From the NCBI GenBank assembly GCA_046563655.1, contig CM102290.1:1178001-1242000 (forward strand): 64,000 nucleotides of DNA, given 5' to 3'. How positions within the stretch are numbered: position 1 is the first letter of the stretch; every line of letters begins with the position of its first letter. Position numbers and translations under genes: made by a program. A model generated the notes under the pieces. The model searched no databases, was not told where the DNA came from, and saw only the letters and a list, made by a program, of their open reading frames with translations. Source of the DNA: Yuukianura sp. NJ FZ-2021. Taxonomy: Eukaryota. This document shows positions 63,264-64,000 of the stretch, one piece after another.

Positions 63264-64000
63264 GTAAGTTTTGTTTCAAGTTTCAACGACAGTCCAATTT
63301 TTTAACAATTGCTAAAATCATTTTTTGTGTGTTAAGTTCAGTTCGTAGACAATTTGAGAACAGGGGACCCTTCAAATAAAAAAATGACTTTGTTTGTGAA
63401 TGTCAAATCAATGCCGAGAAAATTTCCAACATCCCGAATGGGTAGGAATTCTTTTTGGAAGCAAAATTTTTCGGCTCAGAAATTTGAATTTTGTTTGAAA
63501 GTATAAGTTCACACTAGCAAAATTTATTTTTAGTTACTTCGCGTTTCATCCTGTCAAAAACAGTTTTACTTAGGTTTGAGCGGAGAAATTATTAAACCAG
63601 AAGAGTTCATACCAAAAAAAGATGCAACGGAGAAACCTTCGCCTTAACTCCTTTTTAAAGCGAAACTTCAATAGAAACGAGTCTCCTTTGCCGTCTGTTG
63701 ACCTTAAAAGCCGATGCCTAACGTTGACCTAATTCGAAGTGGCGGAGAAGAGGAGTGGACACTTAATTGCCGAGGATAGTGGCAATTTGTGTCTGTCAAT
63801 TCCAACAAAAAAACTTTGGCGGGCACTTTGAACCAACATCGAACTTCTTAGCCGCGTGTGTTTCCCTCATGATCAGACGAGTAACTGAAGTAAACTGCTG
63901 TTTCGAAGGAAAAGTTTTTCATTTCCTTTTTTTCTACTTTTTTGAAGGCCGACAGTGTGACCTGGAATTTCGAGAACATAAAACCAACAACATTTGGATT

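Noticed and set aside
1..64000. Prokaryotic-type systems (CRISPR arrays, operons, defence islands), tRNA/rRNA and known miRNAs
   Set aside because: The sequence is intron-containing eukaryotic DNA. I saw no repeat-spacer arrays or recognisable structural RNAs by eye. A tRNAscan or Infernal run would be needed to exclude them formally.

Overview
AT-rich eukaryotic genomic DNA with spliceosomal introns, probably arthropod (inferred from TCAGT-type initiators and gene content; species not determinable). Most ORFs in the supplied track are spurious, and the real genes emerge only after phase-checked splicing. Four genes are supported. (1) The 3' part of a mitochondrial-type prolyl-tRNA synthetase (+; exons <1-111, 196-425, 501-716, 821-1129). 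(2) A hidden minus-strand gene absent from the ORF track, whose six tiny coding exons (17, 48, 74, 19, 15 and 55 nt) span about 30 kb (32999->3089) and splice in frame to a 75-aa microprotein. (3) A 499-aa secreted, prohormone-like protein gene (+; 20981-26418) nested antisense in intron 1 of gene 2, with a 6-Cys module, a GC-AG intron and a possible alternative last exon. (4) The 5' part of a secreted or membrane cadherin-domain protein (+; 38040->63263, continuing beyond the window) with a 19.3-kb first intron, an EGF-like module, one cadherin-like repeat and an RYKR furin-type site. Several small non-autonomous hAT-like MITEs and fold-back elements are also present. No RNA genes, CRISPR arrays or transposases were recognised.
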